A stretch of 64,000 nucleotides of DNA, taken from the NCBI RefSeq assembly GCF_000007005.1, contig NC_002754.1. One strand, given 5' to 3'. This document shows, in pieces, positions 9,315-20,645 of this stretch (within the stretch, counting starts at the first letter, position 1; every line of letters begins with the position of its first letter). The stretch comes from Saccharolobus solfataricus P2 (GTDB lineage: Archaea > Thermoproteota > Thermoprotei_A > Sulfolobales > Sulfolobaceae). The position numbers and the translations under genes are program-made. Under the pieces are notes generated by a model, which worked only from the letters and a program-made list of their open reading frames with translations, was not told where the DNA came from and did no database searches.

Positions 9315-10832
9315 ATGGTATCATTGCTTCTGATTTCCTTGTTATATCTAGGAATAATGTTGATAGCTGCTAAGATATCTGAGGAGATATTCAGAAGAAT
9401 TGGTTTAGTAACTTTTGTTGGCCCTATATTAATGGGCATTCTACTTGGAAACGGTGTATTTGGAGTCATACAGATTAATGAGATTATCTCATTTATTACA
9501 TCTCTTGGTATAGTTTTTCTATTATTCTTGGCTGGAGCTGAAGAGTTTAACGTCGAAAATAGACCTAATGCTAACGTATTTCTAGCGGTGATATTAGAGT
9601 CAATTATACCATTTTCGGTAATACTCGTTGCGATCTATATTATAGGCTTTAAGAACTACCTAATTCTCATAGTCCCATTAGCAATGAGTAGTGCTGGTCC
9701 CTTATCCAGAATGCTGATGGACGTTAAGATTTCTGATAACAGAATTTCTAACTTAATTTTCCAACAAGTAATCTTAATAGAAATAATTTTTGTGATATTG
9801 TTTGCAATACTCTTAAAGACTAGTGAAATTCTGATTACAATAATTGAAATTTTCTTGGTATTCGCATTTACGATAATGTTTGGTAGAACTTTAGCTAAGA
9901 TTCTAGAGAAAATAGAGTATTATTTTAAGGCGAGAGAAATAGAGTTTGCCTCGCTTATTGCAATAATTTTAATCATAGGTTATTTAGCAGAATTATACAA
10001 ATTTAATTCAGCCATATCAGCCTTTTTCCTGGGTATATTATTAAAGGATTATTTAAAAGATAGGCCAGAATTACTGGAGAGGCTTCACGCATTTACATAT
10101 GGATTCTTTGAACCATTATTCTTTTTAGGTATAGGCTTATATGTTACTAAAATTAACGCATCCATTATTCTTTTTAGCTTGCTCTTCTTCTCACTAATAA
10201 TTGCTTCTAAATTCCTTGCCGGCTTTATTTCATCGAAGATTCTAAATATTAAGGGGAAGATAAATGGATTTGCAACTAGCGTAAAAGGAGGAGTTGATTC
10301 ATCACTATTGCTTACTGGACTAACTTTAGGGTATATAAACGAATTCATGTACTCGTTTTCAATTTTAGCGATTTCGCTTTCAGCATTAATAGTTCCCCTC
10401 CTATTTCAAATTAATTTTAAAATTAGTAATAAAATTTCAGAGAGTAAAAAGGTGAAACTCTCTCAAGAGGTAATTAAGCTTCAGATAAAGCCACTTTACG
10501 CTTCATGTGAAGAGAACTTGAGATCGGTAATTAGTAAAATTAGTGAAAGAGGTGTTAGGGGAATAGTTGTTGTAAATTATGAGAATAAACCTCTAGGTTA
10601 TGTTTCAATACAAACTTTACTTGAAATTGACCCCGAACTATATGAGAGTACTAAAGCTTGCGAGGTACCACTGGATGAGGTTCCAATAGAATACGATAAC
10701 GTGAAAGTTATAGATCTTCTAAGAAAATTTAGGGAAACTGAGAAACCGGTAATAGCAATTATAAATAAGGAAGGAGTCTTAGTCACTACAGTATATGAAA
10801 GAGAACTGGCGAGGTTTTTAATTTCCTTTTAA
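9315..10832 (+). CDS. Cation:proton antiporter (CPA2-like) with C-terminal CBS domains
   Basis: About 12 hydrophobic segments; GIVFLLFLAG, FFEPLFFLGIG; C-terminal CBS pair. Confidence 0.85.
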   Translation: MVSLLLISLLYLGIMLIAAKISEEIFRRIGLVTFVGPILMGILLGNGVFGVIQINEIISFITSLGIVFLLFLAGAEEFNVENRPNANVFLAVILESIIPFSVILVAIYIIGFKNYLILIVPLAMSSAGPLSRMLMDVKISDNRISNLIFQQVILIEIIFVILFAILLKTSEILITIIEIFLVFAFTIMFGRTLAKILEKIEYYFKAREIEFASLIAIILIIGYLAELYKFNSAISAFFLGILLKDYLKDRPELLERLHAFTYGFFEPLFFLGIGLYVTKINASIILFSLLFFSLIIASKFLAGFISSKILNIKGKINGFATSVKGGVDSSLLLTGLTLGYINEFMYSFSILAISLSALIVPLLFQINFKISNKISESKKVKLSQEVIKLQIKPLYASCEENLRSVISKISERGVRGIVVVNYENKPLGYVSIQTLLEIDPELYESTKACEVPLDEVPIEYDNVKVIDLLRKFRETEKPVIAIINKEGVLVTTVYERELARFLISF

Positions 10833-10845
10833 GCATTAAGATCTT

Positions 10846-11364
10846 ATGACAGTTTGGTATACTGGAACTGGTGATAAGGGTAAGACGAAATTACCTTCAG
10901 TTGGCGAGATTTGGAAGGATGATGATATTGTAAATGCTATTGGAGATCTTGATGAGTTGAATGCCAGTTTAGGCGTTATTTCATCCCTTTATCCACAACT
11001 TCGTGAAATTATGGTAAGAATTCAATCAGATATATTCTCACTTTCCTCAGAAATTGCTGGGTTTGACATGAATTTCGAAGAAGAGAAGGTAAAATGGATA
11101 GAAGAGGAGATCAGTAGTTTTTCTAAGGGCATACCCGAGTTAAGAAATTTCATTTTACCGGGAGGACATGTCGCAGCTTCTTTTCTTCATCTAGCTAGAA
11201 CCATATGCAGAAGGAGTGAGAGAAGTGTAGTAAAGATATTAAAGAGGAGTAAGGCGAAGGACGTTCACGTTAAATACCTTAATCGTTTATCCTCATTGCT
11301 ATTTGTTTTAGCATTATACGTTAATAAGCAAGAGAAAGTCCAAGAGATTATATGGAAACGTTAA
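10846..11364 (+). CDS. pduO: ATP:cob(I)alamin adenosyltransferase, PduO type
   Basis: [49 protein letters not shown]. Confidence 0.93.
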   Translation: MTVWYTGTGDKGKTKLPSVGEIWKDDDIVNAIGDLDELNASLGVISSLYPQLREIMVRIQSDIFSLSSEIAGFDMNFEEEKVKWIEEEISSFSKGIPELRNFILPGGHVAASFLHLARTICRRSERSVVKILKRSKAKDVHVKYLNRLSSLLFVLALYVNKQEKVQEIIWKR

Positions 11365-12277
11365 AACCAATTCCTCTCCTTAAAGCCTCTTGATAAGCTA
11401 TGTGGGCAGTTATGTTATCCTCTACAGCAATCCCCACAGTTTTAAATAATGATGGTCTTTCTATTTTTATTCCCTTTTCTATTATTTCTCCCAGTTCTTT
11501 TATCATTTTGTTTTCCAATAATCCTCTTTGTTTAGGAATGATATAATCACCACTCTCTTTAGAAACTGCTTCTAACGAGTCGACAATATAACTCTTTACC
11601 TTTATTATAGTATCATCATCTAATTCCCTCGAATCTGGAGTATGGGCTCCTATACTTGATAAATGAAATACATCTTTTAGATACTTACCTAATACAACTG
11701 GAAAATTAGATGAGGTGGTTGCGAAGATAGTATCTGAATTCTTCAATAACGTTTCTAAGTCCGTAGCCTCACCGCCAACTCTCTTAGCTAATTCGAAGTG
11801 AGATTTTCTAGCTGAAATGTAAAGCTTCTGAACTTTAAAGTACTCTAAGGCTAATTTTGCGTGATAGTATGCTTCAGTGCCTGCACCTATTATTCCTAAG
11901 ATGCCTATATTTCTACCATTTATAGCTAACTCAGTCGATAATATACTTGCTGCAGCGGTTCTTATTGCAGTTAGCGTTGTCCCATCAATTATCGCTAAAA
12001 TCTCTCCAGTATCTGGTGACATCAATATTACAACACCTTGAACTAATGGTAACCCTCTCTCTTTATTCTCAGGTATAACGTTAACTATTTTGGTCACAAA
12101 AGAATAATCAGTTGATGATGGCATTAAGCCCCACCAATTTCCCTTTACACTCATGACTAACCTTTGTGGTTGATCTACCTTCTTCTGATAATGCAATTTG
12201 AATGCCTCTTTCACTGAGCTTACGGCTATTTCAGCTTTTAATAATTCATCTAGATCTTTCCTTGTTAAGATAATCAT
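11348..12277 (-). CDS. Ornithine cyclodeaminase/mu-crystallin family dehydrogenase
   Basis: [39 protein letters not shown]. Confidence 0.88.
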   Translation of the reverse strand: MIILTRKDLDELLKAEIAVSSVKEAFKLHYQKKVDQPQRLVMSVKGNWWGLMPSSTDYSFVTKIVNVIPENKERGLPLVQGVVILMSPDTGEILAIIDGTTLTAIRTAAASILSTELAINGRNIGILGIIGAGTEAYYHAKLALEYFKVQKLYISARKSHFELAKRVGGEATDLETLLKNSDTIFATTSSNFPVVLGKYLKDVFHLSSIGAHTPDSRELDDDTIIKVKSYIVDSLEAVSKESGDYIIPKQRGLLENKMIKELGEIIEKGIKIERPSLFKTVGIAVEDNITAHIAYQEALRRGIGFNVSI

Positions 12278-12491
12278 TAAGTTAAGATCCTTTTATCGAT
12301 TATAAACTTTAACATTATTTTGGAATTTTCTGATTAGCATAAGAATTAACCCTAGGACTATATGCAGTATTATTTAAAAATGCTTTTTAGGGATATTAAG
12401 GACACATTAAAAGGAAAGTCGATAATTAATATTATATCTAATATACCTTTACCCATTGTATTTAATACTTATCAACATAATACTACTAAGC

Positions 12492-12505
12492 AAAAAGTTT
12501 ATTTA
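12492..12505 (+). promoter_or_regulatory. BRE-TATA promoter for the surface-protein gene (leaderless start at 12528)
   Basis: AAAAAG-TTTATTTA about 25 nt upstream of ATG 12528. Confidence 0.5.
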
Positions 12506-12527
12506 CAAACACGTTTTGCATAATGTG

Positions 12528-13946
12528 ATGTCAGTGAATTTAAGAAAAGTACTTGTAACTGGTTTTATATCACTATTTGCAATTTTAATGTTAATACTTC
12601 CAATTACACTAGCACAATCGCAAACGATAAGTAATGTACTCCTTATTCCAACTGGTTTTATCACAATTCCTACAAGTGGTTCATCAGCCTCGTTTACGGC
12701 TTACGTCATAAATAATAACCCAAATAGTGAAACAGTAACTGTTTATTTGAACGGTAACTCATATACTACATTAACTATCCCTCCCTATTCTTACTCTCCG
12801 GTTACGTTATCTTTATCAACTGGTAAGAACATTTTAATCGTAAACGGCCAGTCTCTAATAATTAACGTGAATAGTATATCTAAGGTTATATCTGCAAACA
12901 TCTTGCTAAACAACAGTGCAAACTTGATATTAATAAATGGAATACCCGGTAAGCTTTACACAGTAAATTTAACAATTGCAAATATCCATAATTGGAACAT
13001 CTCCATATCCACATATACCTATTCATCAATATTTTTCACCAATATGTATAAGCTCTACAACGCTCCGTTTGAGTTACAACCGCCTCTGTCAAACTCCTCT
13101 TACATACCGATTCTAGTACCACTTTACGTTCCACAAGGTCTATATTATTTCTATAATTACGTTCAGTTCTATAATATTAGTAATTATCAACAAGTGTTGG
13201 GGTACATTCCATTTTTAATTTTTATAAATGTAAGCTATGGGTTGAATGGTACGTTAGTTACGTCTAACACGTATACATCTAATAACATCACGGTATCGTA
13301 TGTTACAGCAAACGGCTATACATACATTTTATCTAAGTATCCATTTAGCTTAAGCGATAAAGTTATAGTGAAAGTTATTCCACACTCATCCTCTCTTAAT
13401 CCATATACAGTGGTCTTAGGTAACTTCACCTCAACACTGACAATAAATGGTCAAGCATTACAAGAACCTTACTTTGGGAGTAATAGCAGTGAATTTGCAT
13501 ATGGTAATTCTTGGATAGAATTAAAGATCCCTGAACAGTATACCGGGACACAATATCAAATAAATATAACTTACATTACACCACATGGTATAGTAAGCAC
13601 TGGAGTAATACCCGCCATTACTTCTTCTACTACAACTACTACAACGACGAGCTCTACTACAACTACAAGTACTACTACCTCAACGACATCTACTACCTCA
13701 ACTTCTTCCTCAACAACTTCGACTACGACATCGTCCTCCTCAACAACTACTACCTCTTCTTCAATTACATCCTCCTCAACCACATCATCAACAACTTCTT
13801 CAACATCCACTACCACACCCACCTCGACTTCCTCGTCTACTACCTCAGTTACTACTTCTGGGGTATCTACTTCAGTTATAATAGGCATTGCAATAGTGGT
13901 GATAATAATAGTGATTGTCGCTGTAGTACTTTTAAGAAGAAGATAG
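12528..13946 (+). CDS. Secreted membrane-anchored surface glycoprotein with Ser/Thr-rich stalk
   Basis: Signal peptide MSVNLRKVLVTGFISLFAILMLILPITLAQ, many N-x-S/T sequons, about 80-aa S/T tract, C-terminal TM helix plus RRR. Start revised from 12456. Confidence 0.85.
   Translation: MSVNLRKVLVTGFISLFAILMLILPITLAQSQTISNVLLIPTGFITIPTSGSSASFTAYVINNNPNSETVTVYLNGNSYTTLTIPPYSYSPVTLSLSTGKNILIVNGQSLIINVNSISKVISANILLNNSANLILINGIPGKLYTVNLTIANIHNWNISISTYTYSSIFFTNMYKLYNAPFELQPPLSNSSYIPILVPLYVPQGLYYFYNYVQFYNISNYQQVLGYIPFLIFINVSYGLNGTLVTSNTYTSNNITVSYVTANGYTYILSKYPFSLSDKVIVKVIPHSSSLNPYTVVLGNFTSTLTINGQALQEPYFGSNSSEFAYGNSWIELKIPEQYTGTQYQINITYITPHGIVSTGVIPAITSSTTTTTTTSSTTTTSTTTSTTSTTSTSSSTTSTTTSSSSTTTTSSSITSSSTTSSTTSSTSTTTPTSTSSSTTSVTTSGVSTSVIIGIAIVVIIIVIVAVVLLRRR
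13619..13870 (+). repeat. Low-complexity Ser/Thr-encoding tract (ACN/TCN codons)
   Basis: Imperfect ACT/ACA/TCC/TCT triplet runs inside the surface-protein gene. Confidence 0.85.
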
Positions 13947-13984
13947 AGTAAAAGAAAATGCAAAGGGAATATAGGCTTTTTTTA

Positions 13985-15076
13985 TTAAACCTTCGTACCA
14001 GCCTCTATTACGCTTCCATGTTTAATTACTTTTTCTGGTGAAATTAAAGCGCCAAGTTTATTGAATCTAGGTCTACTTAGTGAATGTGCTGGGTAACTTG
14101 CAGTTATGACAGAAGCTCCTATCTTAGCTCCTTTACCTACTATTGAGTAAGTCAAATAGGATTTTGAACCTACTTCAGCAAAGGGTTCAATTAAAGAATG
14201 GGCAATTTCACAGTAAGCTCCTATCTTAGCTCCCTCCTCTATGGAGGAATAATCTCTAACTAGAGAAAATGATCCTACGTAAGCGTTTTTACCAATATAA
14301 GCTGGTCCTTTAATTATTGCATAATCTTCTATTATTGCATAATCTTCTATTATAACTCCTTTCCCTATTATTGCGTTTTTCGAAATCTCAGCCTTATCTG
14401 AAATTACGCTTTCTTTTCTCCTTAGCAACGTTTCCAATGCAAATAATAAATCCTCTGGGTAACCTATGTCAACCCAACTCTCTGACCAAATGAAATAGTT
14501 GAGTCTAGCTTGACTAGAAAGTAGATCAATATAATCTAGTAGAGAGGTGAAATTGTCCTTTGGTTTTGGTAGTATGTAGGCTCCACCTAACGCTAGAGTT
14601 GAGCTTTCTTTAACTACCTTTAGTTTATTATCGACGATTTTAACTAAACCGTAAGTTTCTGTTCCCTCACTTATCGGTATCAGCGGTATTACCGCTTGAC
14701 TCCCCGTCATTATGTATGTGTCCATAAGGCTCTTGTAGAATTCCGCAGGCGCTATTATATCACCAAATGCCAATACAAATACGTCATCATCAATACTTTC
14801 TATACCTTCTAGAACTGCTCCATCAATTCCTTGTTTCTTTTGCACTATGGTCTCAAAGGACACGTCAAGTTTCTCCACCTCTTCTTCTATTTGATTTCCC
14901 TTCTCGTTTACAATTATTTCAAATTCTTTTACACCAGCTTTCTTTAAACCCTCTATTGTGTAGTTTATTATTGCCTTACCTAGTACTGTAATAGCTTCTT
15001 TCTGTACCTTCTCAGTATATGGTAACAGTCCCTCTCCCTTTCCTCCAGCTAATACTATAGCCTTCATTTCACTCAA
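13985..15076 (-). CDS. Sugar-phosphate nucleotidyltransferase with C-terminal left-handed beta-helix (GlmU-like)
   Basis: KAIVLAGGKGEGLLP, FGD, WVDIGYPEDL, hexapeptide repeats. Overlaps glmS; start may be 15067. Confidence 0.85.
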   Translation of the reverse strand: MSEMKAIVLAGGKGEGLLPYTEKVQKEAITVLGKAIINYTIEGLKKAGVKEFEIIVNEKGNQIEEEVEKLDVSFETIVQKKQGIDGAVLEGIESIDDDVFVLAFGDIIAPAEFYKSLMDTYIMTGSQAVIPLIPISEGTETYGLVKIVDNKLKVVKESSTLALGGAYILPKPKDNFTSLLDYIDLLSSQARLNYFIWSESWVDIGYPEDLLFALETLLRRKESVISDKAEISKNAIIGKGVIIEDYAIIEDYAIIKGPAYIGKNAYVGSFSLVRDYSSIEEGAKIGAYCEIAHSLIEPFAEVGSKSYLTYSIVGKGAKIGASVITASYPAHSLSRPRFNKLGALISPEKVIKHGSVIEAGTKV

Positions 15077-16844
15077 CCGTTACTGTTTTCGCTAGGTTCC
15101 TAGGCTTATCTGGATCATATCCTCTCTTAACAGAAGCATAATACGCAATAAGTTGAATTATTGGCGCTATGGCAAGTGAAGAAAGTTTTTCGCTAGTATT
15201 TACTAGAATTTCAGTATCTGCGAAATTAAGTCTCTTATTCACACTTATTGAATAAGTCTTGCCACCTCTAGCTTTCATCTCTTGCAAATTCTTCTCTAAT
15301 TCATCTACTAGTTCACCATCATTTACGAAGATTATTGGAAATCCACTCTCTACTAACGCTATTGGACCATGTTTACTTTCGCCGGCTGGATACGCTTCTG
15401 CATGAATGTATGCTATTTCCTTTATCTTTAATGCCCCTTCCATAGCTAAAGGTACTCCTAGACCTCTTCCTAAATAATAAACGTTGTTCTTGTTAGCTAA
15501 TTCCTCCCCAATCTTCTTAGCAAATCCTTCAGTCTCAGTTATTACATTTCTAACTGTCTCATGAGCAGTTTCCAGATACGAAATGCTTTCTTTTTCTATT
15601 AGGGAATATAAGAAAAGTAAGGATACTATCTCAGATGTGAAAGTTTTTGTAGCAGCTACCCCTATTTCTGGCCCAGCTCTCATATATAATTTGTAATGAC
15701 TTTCCCTAGCTATGTCGCTCTCAATTACGTTTGTTAATGCAATTATCTTAGCCCCTTCATCCTTGAATTTCCTAATTCCCATTTTCACGTCGAGAGTTTC
15801 TCCACTCTGACTTATGGCAAGTACAATATCACCCTTTCTAGCTCTAAAATTGTGGTATTCAGATGCAATTAATGGAATAACCGTATACCCCTTTCTTGTA
15901 AGTAATAGGGAGAAATATAGTCCAGCGTGATAACTCGTCCCTGCAGCTGTAACTATTATTCTAGAGGACTCTCTTATTTCCTCAGCGATTTCATTTATCT
16001 TATCAACTTCACTTAAAAGTCCAGAAATTGTGTCTTTAACAGCTATTGGGCTCTCATGGATTTCCTTAAGCATAAAGTGAGGATATCCTTGCTTAGAGGC
16101 TGATGATGCGTCCCAATCTATAATTTTTATTCTACTTGTAACATCTATTGGATTACCGTTTTCGTCTTCCATATAAACAGTATTTGGCGTAACATATCCT
16201 AGCTCTCCATCAGATATTACTATAACCTTTCTAGTATAAGGTAAAAATGAAGGTATATCACTAGCCACAAACGTCTTATCATCTCCTAATCCTATTACTA
16301 ATGGGTTATCTCTCTTTGCAAAGAAAATTCTTCTCTCTCCCTTAACTATTGCTAAAACTGCATAACTGCCTTGAATGTTCTTTATTGCGCTTCTAAACGC
16401 TTGAAAAGTATCCATACCTCTCTTCATGTATTCCTCCATCATATGGGGTATTACTTCGGTGTCAGTCTCGCTTTTGAACTTATGGCCTAGAGCTTGTAAC
16501 TCATCCCTTAGCTCTTTAAAGTTCCTTATTGTTCCATTATGAATCACTGCTATATTATTGATGCAATCTGTGTGAGGATGAGCATTGTAATCAGTAGGAG
16601 CTCCATGAGTAGCCCATCTGGTATGTCCTAAAAATGCGTAACCAGATAATTCTTTAATATTTTTCTTTCTCACTACTTCCTCAACAGTACCTTTAGCCTT
16701 TCTGACCTCTAAATTACCGCCTGAAAGTGCTGCAACACCAACACTATCATAACCCCTATACTCTAATCTATTAAGGCATGAGACTACTAATTCAGCTAGT
16801 CTATTACTTTCCTTATTTGACACAATCCCTATAATTCCACACAC
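15069..16844 (-). CDS. glmS: Glutamine--fructose-6-phosphate aminotransferase
   Basis: MCGIIG, LEYRGYDS.G, GHTRWATHG, SQSGET, C-terminal PRNLAKTVTVE. Confidence 0.97.
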   Translation of the reverse strand: MCGIIGIVSNKESNRLAELVVSCLNRLEYRGYDSVGVAALSGGNLEVRKAKGTVEEVVRKKNIKELSGYAFLGHTRWATHGAPTDYNAHPHTDCINNIAVIHNGTIRNFKELRDELQALGHKFKSETDTEVIPHMMEEYMKRGMDTFQAFRSAIKNIQGSYAVLAIVKGERRIFFAKRDNPLVIGLGDDKTFVASDIPSFLPYTRKVIVISDGELGYVTPNTVYMEDENGNPIDVTSRIKIIDWDASSASKQGYPHFMLKEIHESPIAVKDTISGLLSEVDKINEIAEEIRESSRIIVTAAGTSYHAGLYFSLLLTRKGYTVIPLIASEYHNFRARKGDIVLAISQSGETLDVKMGIRKFKDEGAKIIALTNVIESDIARESHYKLYMRAGPEIGVAATKTFTSEIVSLLFLYSLIEKESISYLETAHETVRNVITETEGFAKKIGEELANKNNVYYLGRGLGVPLAMEGALKIKEIAYIHAEAYPAGESKHGPIALVESGFPIIFVNDGELVDELEKNLQEMKARGGKTYSISVNKRLNFADTEILVNTSEKLSSLAIAPIIQLIAYYASVKRGYDPDKPRNLAKTVTVE

Positions 16845-16884
16845 ATTAATCTATCTTTTAAGCACTGGTAAATTAGACTTTTCC

Positions 16885-17829
16885 TTATAGTATCGAAAAA
16901 ATGACACCATCTTTAGTTAGTGTAGAATTAACTATTCTAGCGTTGTAACTCCTCAGAAGAACTTCAGCCTCAACGGACTTTATACATATTATGGAACCCC
17001 CAGCCCCTCCCCCACTGATCTTACAACCTTTTATTCCCAATTGTTTAGCTCTAGAAACAATCTCATCAGCTTCTGGTGAAGTTATTCCTAATGAAAACAA
17101 TAATCCATGATTTACGTACATTAAGAGTCCTAATTCCTCGAAATTTTGTTCGACTATTAAAGATTTAGCCCTATTAGTTATCTCGCCTATCACATCTAAT
17201 ATGTTCTCAAAGACTTCCTTGTTTGACTCCTTAAGCGTTCTAACACGCCATAAAACATCAGCAGTACTCATACTCCTCCTTATGTATCCTGCAGTCAGTT
17301 CAAAATTGGTATCTATTTTTTCAAATCCCTTTCCACCAGCTGGAAAGTAAATTAGCCCACCATAAGTTTCAGTATAAGTATCCATCCTACTGGCTATTCC
17401 TTGAACCTTTAACTCTATATTGTGCGAGATTTTGGCTATTTCATCTCTGCTTAAATCAATACCCAAATATTTAGAGTAAGCAGCAACAGTGCCAACAATA
17501 ACTGCAGCACTAGTACCTAATCCAACAGAAGGTTCGACTGTTGAATTTATTTCTATTTTAACTGGCTTCTTCATTTCAAAATAGTTCAACACCTCAAATA
17601 CATATCTAAGTACTTTCTTAGCCTCATCGCTCTCAATTTTCATCTCATTTAAATCTAACTTAACCCCTTTTATATTAAGGGATGGAGATATAATTAGGAA
17701 CTTGTCGTTTTCACTTACCTTTACCTTTAAACTTTCTGAAATAGTCATTGCGATTGCTGGTCTATCGTAAACTACAGCATGTTCCCCAAATAATGTCAGC
17801 TTCAACGGAACCTTAGCTTCAACCATCAT
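16885..17829 (-). CDS. mvk: Mevalonate kinase
   Basis: PLKLTLFGEHAVVY, GLGTSAA, ASRMD, KISGGGAGG. Confidence 0.93.
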   Translation of the reverse strand: MMVEAKVPLKLTLFGEHAVVYDRPAIAMTISESLKVKVSENDKFLIISPSLNIKGVKLDLNEMKIESDEAKKVLRYVFEVLNYFEMKKPVKIEINSTVEPSVGLGTSAAVIVGTVAAYSKYLGIDLSRDEIAKISHNIELKVQGIASRMDTYTETYGGLIYFPAGGKGFEKIDTNFELTAGYIRRSMSTADVLWRVRTLKESNKEVFENILDVIGEITNRAKSLIVEQNFEELGLLMYVNHGLLFSLGITSPEADEIVSRAKQLGIKGCKISGGGAGGSIICIKSVEAEVLLRSYNARIVNSTLTKDGVIFSIL

Positions 17830-18135
17830 TACATGAAAAAGTCTAGGTTTAAAATAATAAAGTTCATTTACGTATTTTAGATAGGCTTCTTCTCCGATAT
17901 AGCAGTTTGGTAAGAATCGTTCTTAAAATTATGTAAATTACTAGAACTTACACAAACATTAACGAAGCTGAGTATACGAATACGAACATTACGTATACTA
18001 TGAGTTGTTTCAAGAAAACACTAGCCGTGATCTAATAGAAGCTAATAGCTGTAGCATAGAGAATTAATTATATTTGCATTAAGAAATTTATTTTATTTTT
18101 TACGTATTATTTCAAAAATTTTTCACATAATGAAC

Positions 18136-19296
18136 TCAGTTATTTTTATGCCTATAAAGAGTATAATAAAGTGGTAAATTCTGCCTTTCTTTAACCTCAT
18201 CCTTTATTTCCTTTACTAACTCCTCAACAGTCATACTTTTCTGCTCATTCCTCGCTCTGATTTTTACAGTAAGAGTATTAGTCTTTACTTCCCTTTCTCC
18301 TATAACTATAACGAAAGGTATCCAGTCAGTTCCGGCTCTTCTTATCTTATTTCCTAAGCTATCATCTAGGTCGTCAATGTTAACTCTTATTCCCTCCTTT
18401 CTTAACCTTTCAGCAACTTGTATCGAGAAATCCAAGAAGTCTTTCTTAACTGGCAAAAGTCTAACTTGAATTGGATTAAGCCAATCCGGTAATGTGGGAG
18501 GCTGTTGTTTAACCGACTCTAAAATGAAGTAATATATTAATCTTCCGACGTCTACGTAGATTTTACTCTCATTAACCCACCAGACCCTAATCCTATTTTT
18601 ACTATCGTTAATTTCCTTGGGAAAATTTAACTCTCTAACACCACCATACACTACCACTATCCTAGGATTCTCATTGATACATGGGAGAATTCTTCCGCTC
18701 TCAACGTTTTGATAAAGTATACTCATTTCACCATCACGTACGTTCTCGTTATTTTCAGATTCGAAAAGCGGTTGAAACAAGTTCCTTAAATACCCTATTG
18801 TAGCTCTCCTCATGAACGCACTTTCAGAGGAGCTAGGAAATCCAAATTTTTCACAATACTTTAACTCCTCACTTTTCTCCAACTCCTCAGTTTTTCTTAT
18901 TCTCCTAGATAACTCACTTAAAGGATGACCATAGCAAGATATTGAAAAAGCCTTATACCAACCAAATGGCGCCCTATAAACCTTTACCTTATCCTTTAAT
19001 AGATTCTCCAAGGATTCAAGTATCTTTATTGCAGTATCTGGGTTTGCTAAATTAGAAGATAGGTGAGCGTAAGGGTAAATAACCACAGAATCCGCTTTTA
19101 CCTTACTATAAACGTCTAAGATATCGTCTATTGCTTTGCTTAAAATCTCCTCATCATCTCCTTTCTCCACTGTAGTAAAACAGACTAGAGTGTTCTTCAG
19201 CTCTATCGATTTTAATTTTGCTTCTTCTGGTTCCTTAATAGCTCTTTCCTTTACATTAAATGAGAAGTCAGATGCGTGAATAAATAGTATTATCAC
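18136..19296 (-). CDS. Free-standing threonyl-tRNA synthetase editing protein (ThrRS-ed) with anticodon-binding domain
   Basis: MIILFIHAS..., YPYAHLS, RAPFGWYKAF.I.C.GHPLSEL; C-terminal LPDWLNPIQV...GNKIR..G. No aminoacylation core. Confidence 0.93.
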   Translation of the reverse strand: MIILFIHASDFSFNVKERAIKEPEEAKLKSIELKNTLVCFTTVEKGDDEEILSKAIDDILDVYSKVKADSVVIYPYAHLSSNLANPDTAIKILESLENLLKDKVKVYRAPFGWYKAFSISCYGHPLSELSRRIRKTEELEKSEELKYCEKFGFPSSSESAFMRRATIGYLRNLFQPLFESENNENVRDGEMSILYQNVESGRILPCINENPRIVVVYGGVRELNFPKEINDSKNRIRVWWVNESKIYVDVGRLIYYFILESVKQQPPTLPDWLNPIQVRLLPVKKDFLDFSIQVAERLRKEGIRVNIDDLDDSLGNKIRRAGTDWIPFVIVIGEREVKTNTLTVKIRARNEQKSMTVEELVKEIKDEVKERQNLPLYYTLYRHKNN

Positions 19297-19318
19297 AAAT
19301 TACGGTTACTTTAAACGT

Positions 19319-20587
19319 TTATAAACTAATTTCTTGACCATTTTCCGGAGTTATAACTTCAACCCCAATCTCTTGCTTTATTAGATCCGCTAAAGATGAT
19401 TCATTATCTGGAGAACCATGAACGAGCACGACTTTTTCCAAATCCTTAACGGATTTAACTATTTCCAACAACTGTCTTCTTCCAGCGTGACTTGAAAAGT
19501 CAAAGATTTCTAACCTAGCCTTTAACAATCCAGAATACTCATCGAACTTACCCATTTCTAATAGCTTCCTTCCCGGAGTGTTAATAGCTTGGTAACTGAC
19601 TAAGAATACCGCATTCTTACTATTTTCTGATAGCTTTTTGAAGTAATAAACGGCTGGCCCACCCTTAAGCATTCCCGCACTCGCAACGATAACCCCTTTC
19701 TCCTTCCATGCTCTATGCCTATCCTCCCAGCCCTTAACGTAATTGAAATTATCATAAGCCTTCTTAAGCAGATCTGGTCTATTCAAAAACTCTTTAAAAC
19801 CAAGCATTATCTCCGTTATCTCTCTGGACATACCGTCATAATAAACTGGATAAGGAAAATTCCTTTCCGCCAATACAGATAAGACTTCCTGGCTCCTAGC
19901 TAAACTAAAAGCTGGTACTAAAACAGTCCCACCGCTTTCTACTACTTCCATAACCTTATCGTAGAAATCGTTTTCAACATCTTTTCTATTTGGATGATTA
20001 AACTTGCCATAAGTTGACTCCATAACTAAAACATTTGCATCTCCTATATTCTCAATTTCTGCAGGTTTCATTAATTTGGTCTCCGTTAAGTTAATATCCC
20101 CCGTAAAGGCTATTACGCCTTTCTCTGACGATACCTTAATAATAGAACTTCCCGGTATGTGCCCAGCATTGTAAAGCGAAACTTTCAAACTATCTATTTC
20201 TACTTCTTCCCCATACCCAATTGCCATGAAATTGTCCATTGTTTTCCTTACTTCAACCCATTCGTACGGTATTTTAGCTCCAGAAAGCTTTAGAAAATCC
20301 TTTAGCATTGTCTCAGTTATTATCCTAGTGGCCACAGTGCCATAGACCTTAGTGTTCAATGAACCTATTTGATAAATAGGTAAAGCTCCTATATGGTCTA
20401 GATGTGCATGAGATACGACAAAGCCCTTCACCTTACCTGGCATTTCTTGCAACGGAAAATTAGGATTGTCCTTTTCATCGAAGTTTACACCATAGTCTAG
20501 TATTATGCTACCATCACTATTTCCAACCTCAATGGCAGATCTACCTACTTCTCTTCCACCACCTAATATTTTCAGAAAGTAATTCAT
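19319..20587 (-). CDS. Metallo-beta-lactamase/beta-CASP ribonuclease (aCPSF2-like); start revised to [11 protein letters not shown]
   Basis: [39 protein letters not shown]. The track's longer start is an antisense shadow of nac. Confidence 0.92.
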   Translation of the reverse strand: MNYFLKILGGGREVGRSAIEVGNSDGSIILDYGVNFDEKDNPNFPLQEMPGKVKGFVVSHAHLDHIGALPIYQIGSLNTKVYGTVATRIITETMLKDFLKLSGAKIPYEWVEVRKTMDNFMAIGYGEEVEIDSLKVSLYNAGHIPGSSIIKVSSEKGVIAFTGDINLTETKLMKPAEIENIGDANVLVMESTYGKFNHPNRKDVENDFYDKVMEVVESGGTVLVPAFSLARSQEVLSVLAERNFPYPVYYDGMSREITEIMLGFKEFLNRPDLLKKAYDNFNYVKGWEDRHRAWKEKGVIVASAGMLKGGPAVYYFKKLSENSKNAVFLVSYQAINTPGRKLLEMGKFDEYSGLLKARLEIFDFSSHAGRRQLLEIVKSVKDLEKVVLVHGSPDNESSLADLIKQEIGVEVITPENGQEISL

Positions 20588-20645
20588 TTGTGAAATATCG
20601 TAACCGCAAACTATTAAGTTTACTTCCTCTTCAATAAAACATGTA

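Noticed and set aside
13571-13963. 130-aa Val/Glu-rich minus-strand ORF
   Set aside because: Antisense shadow of the Ser/Thr tract, whose codons have no stops on the reverse strand.
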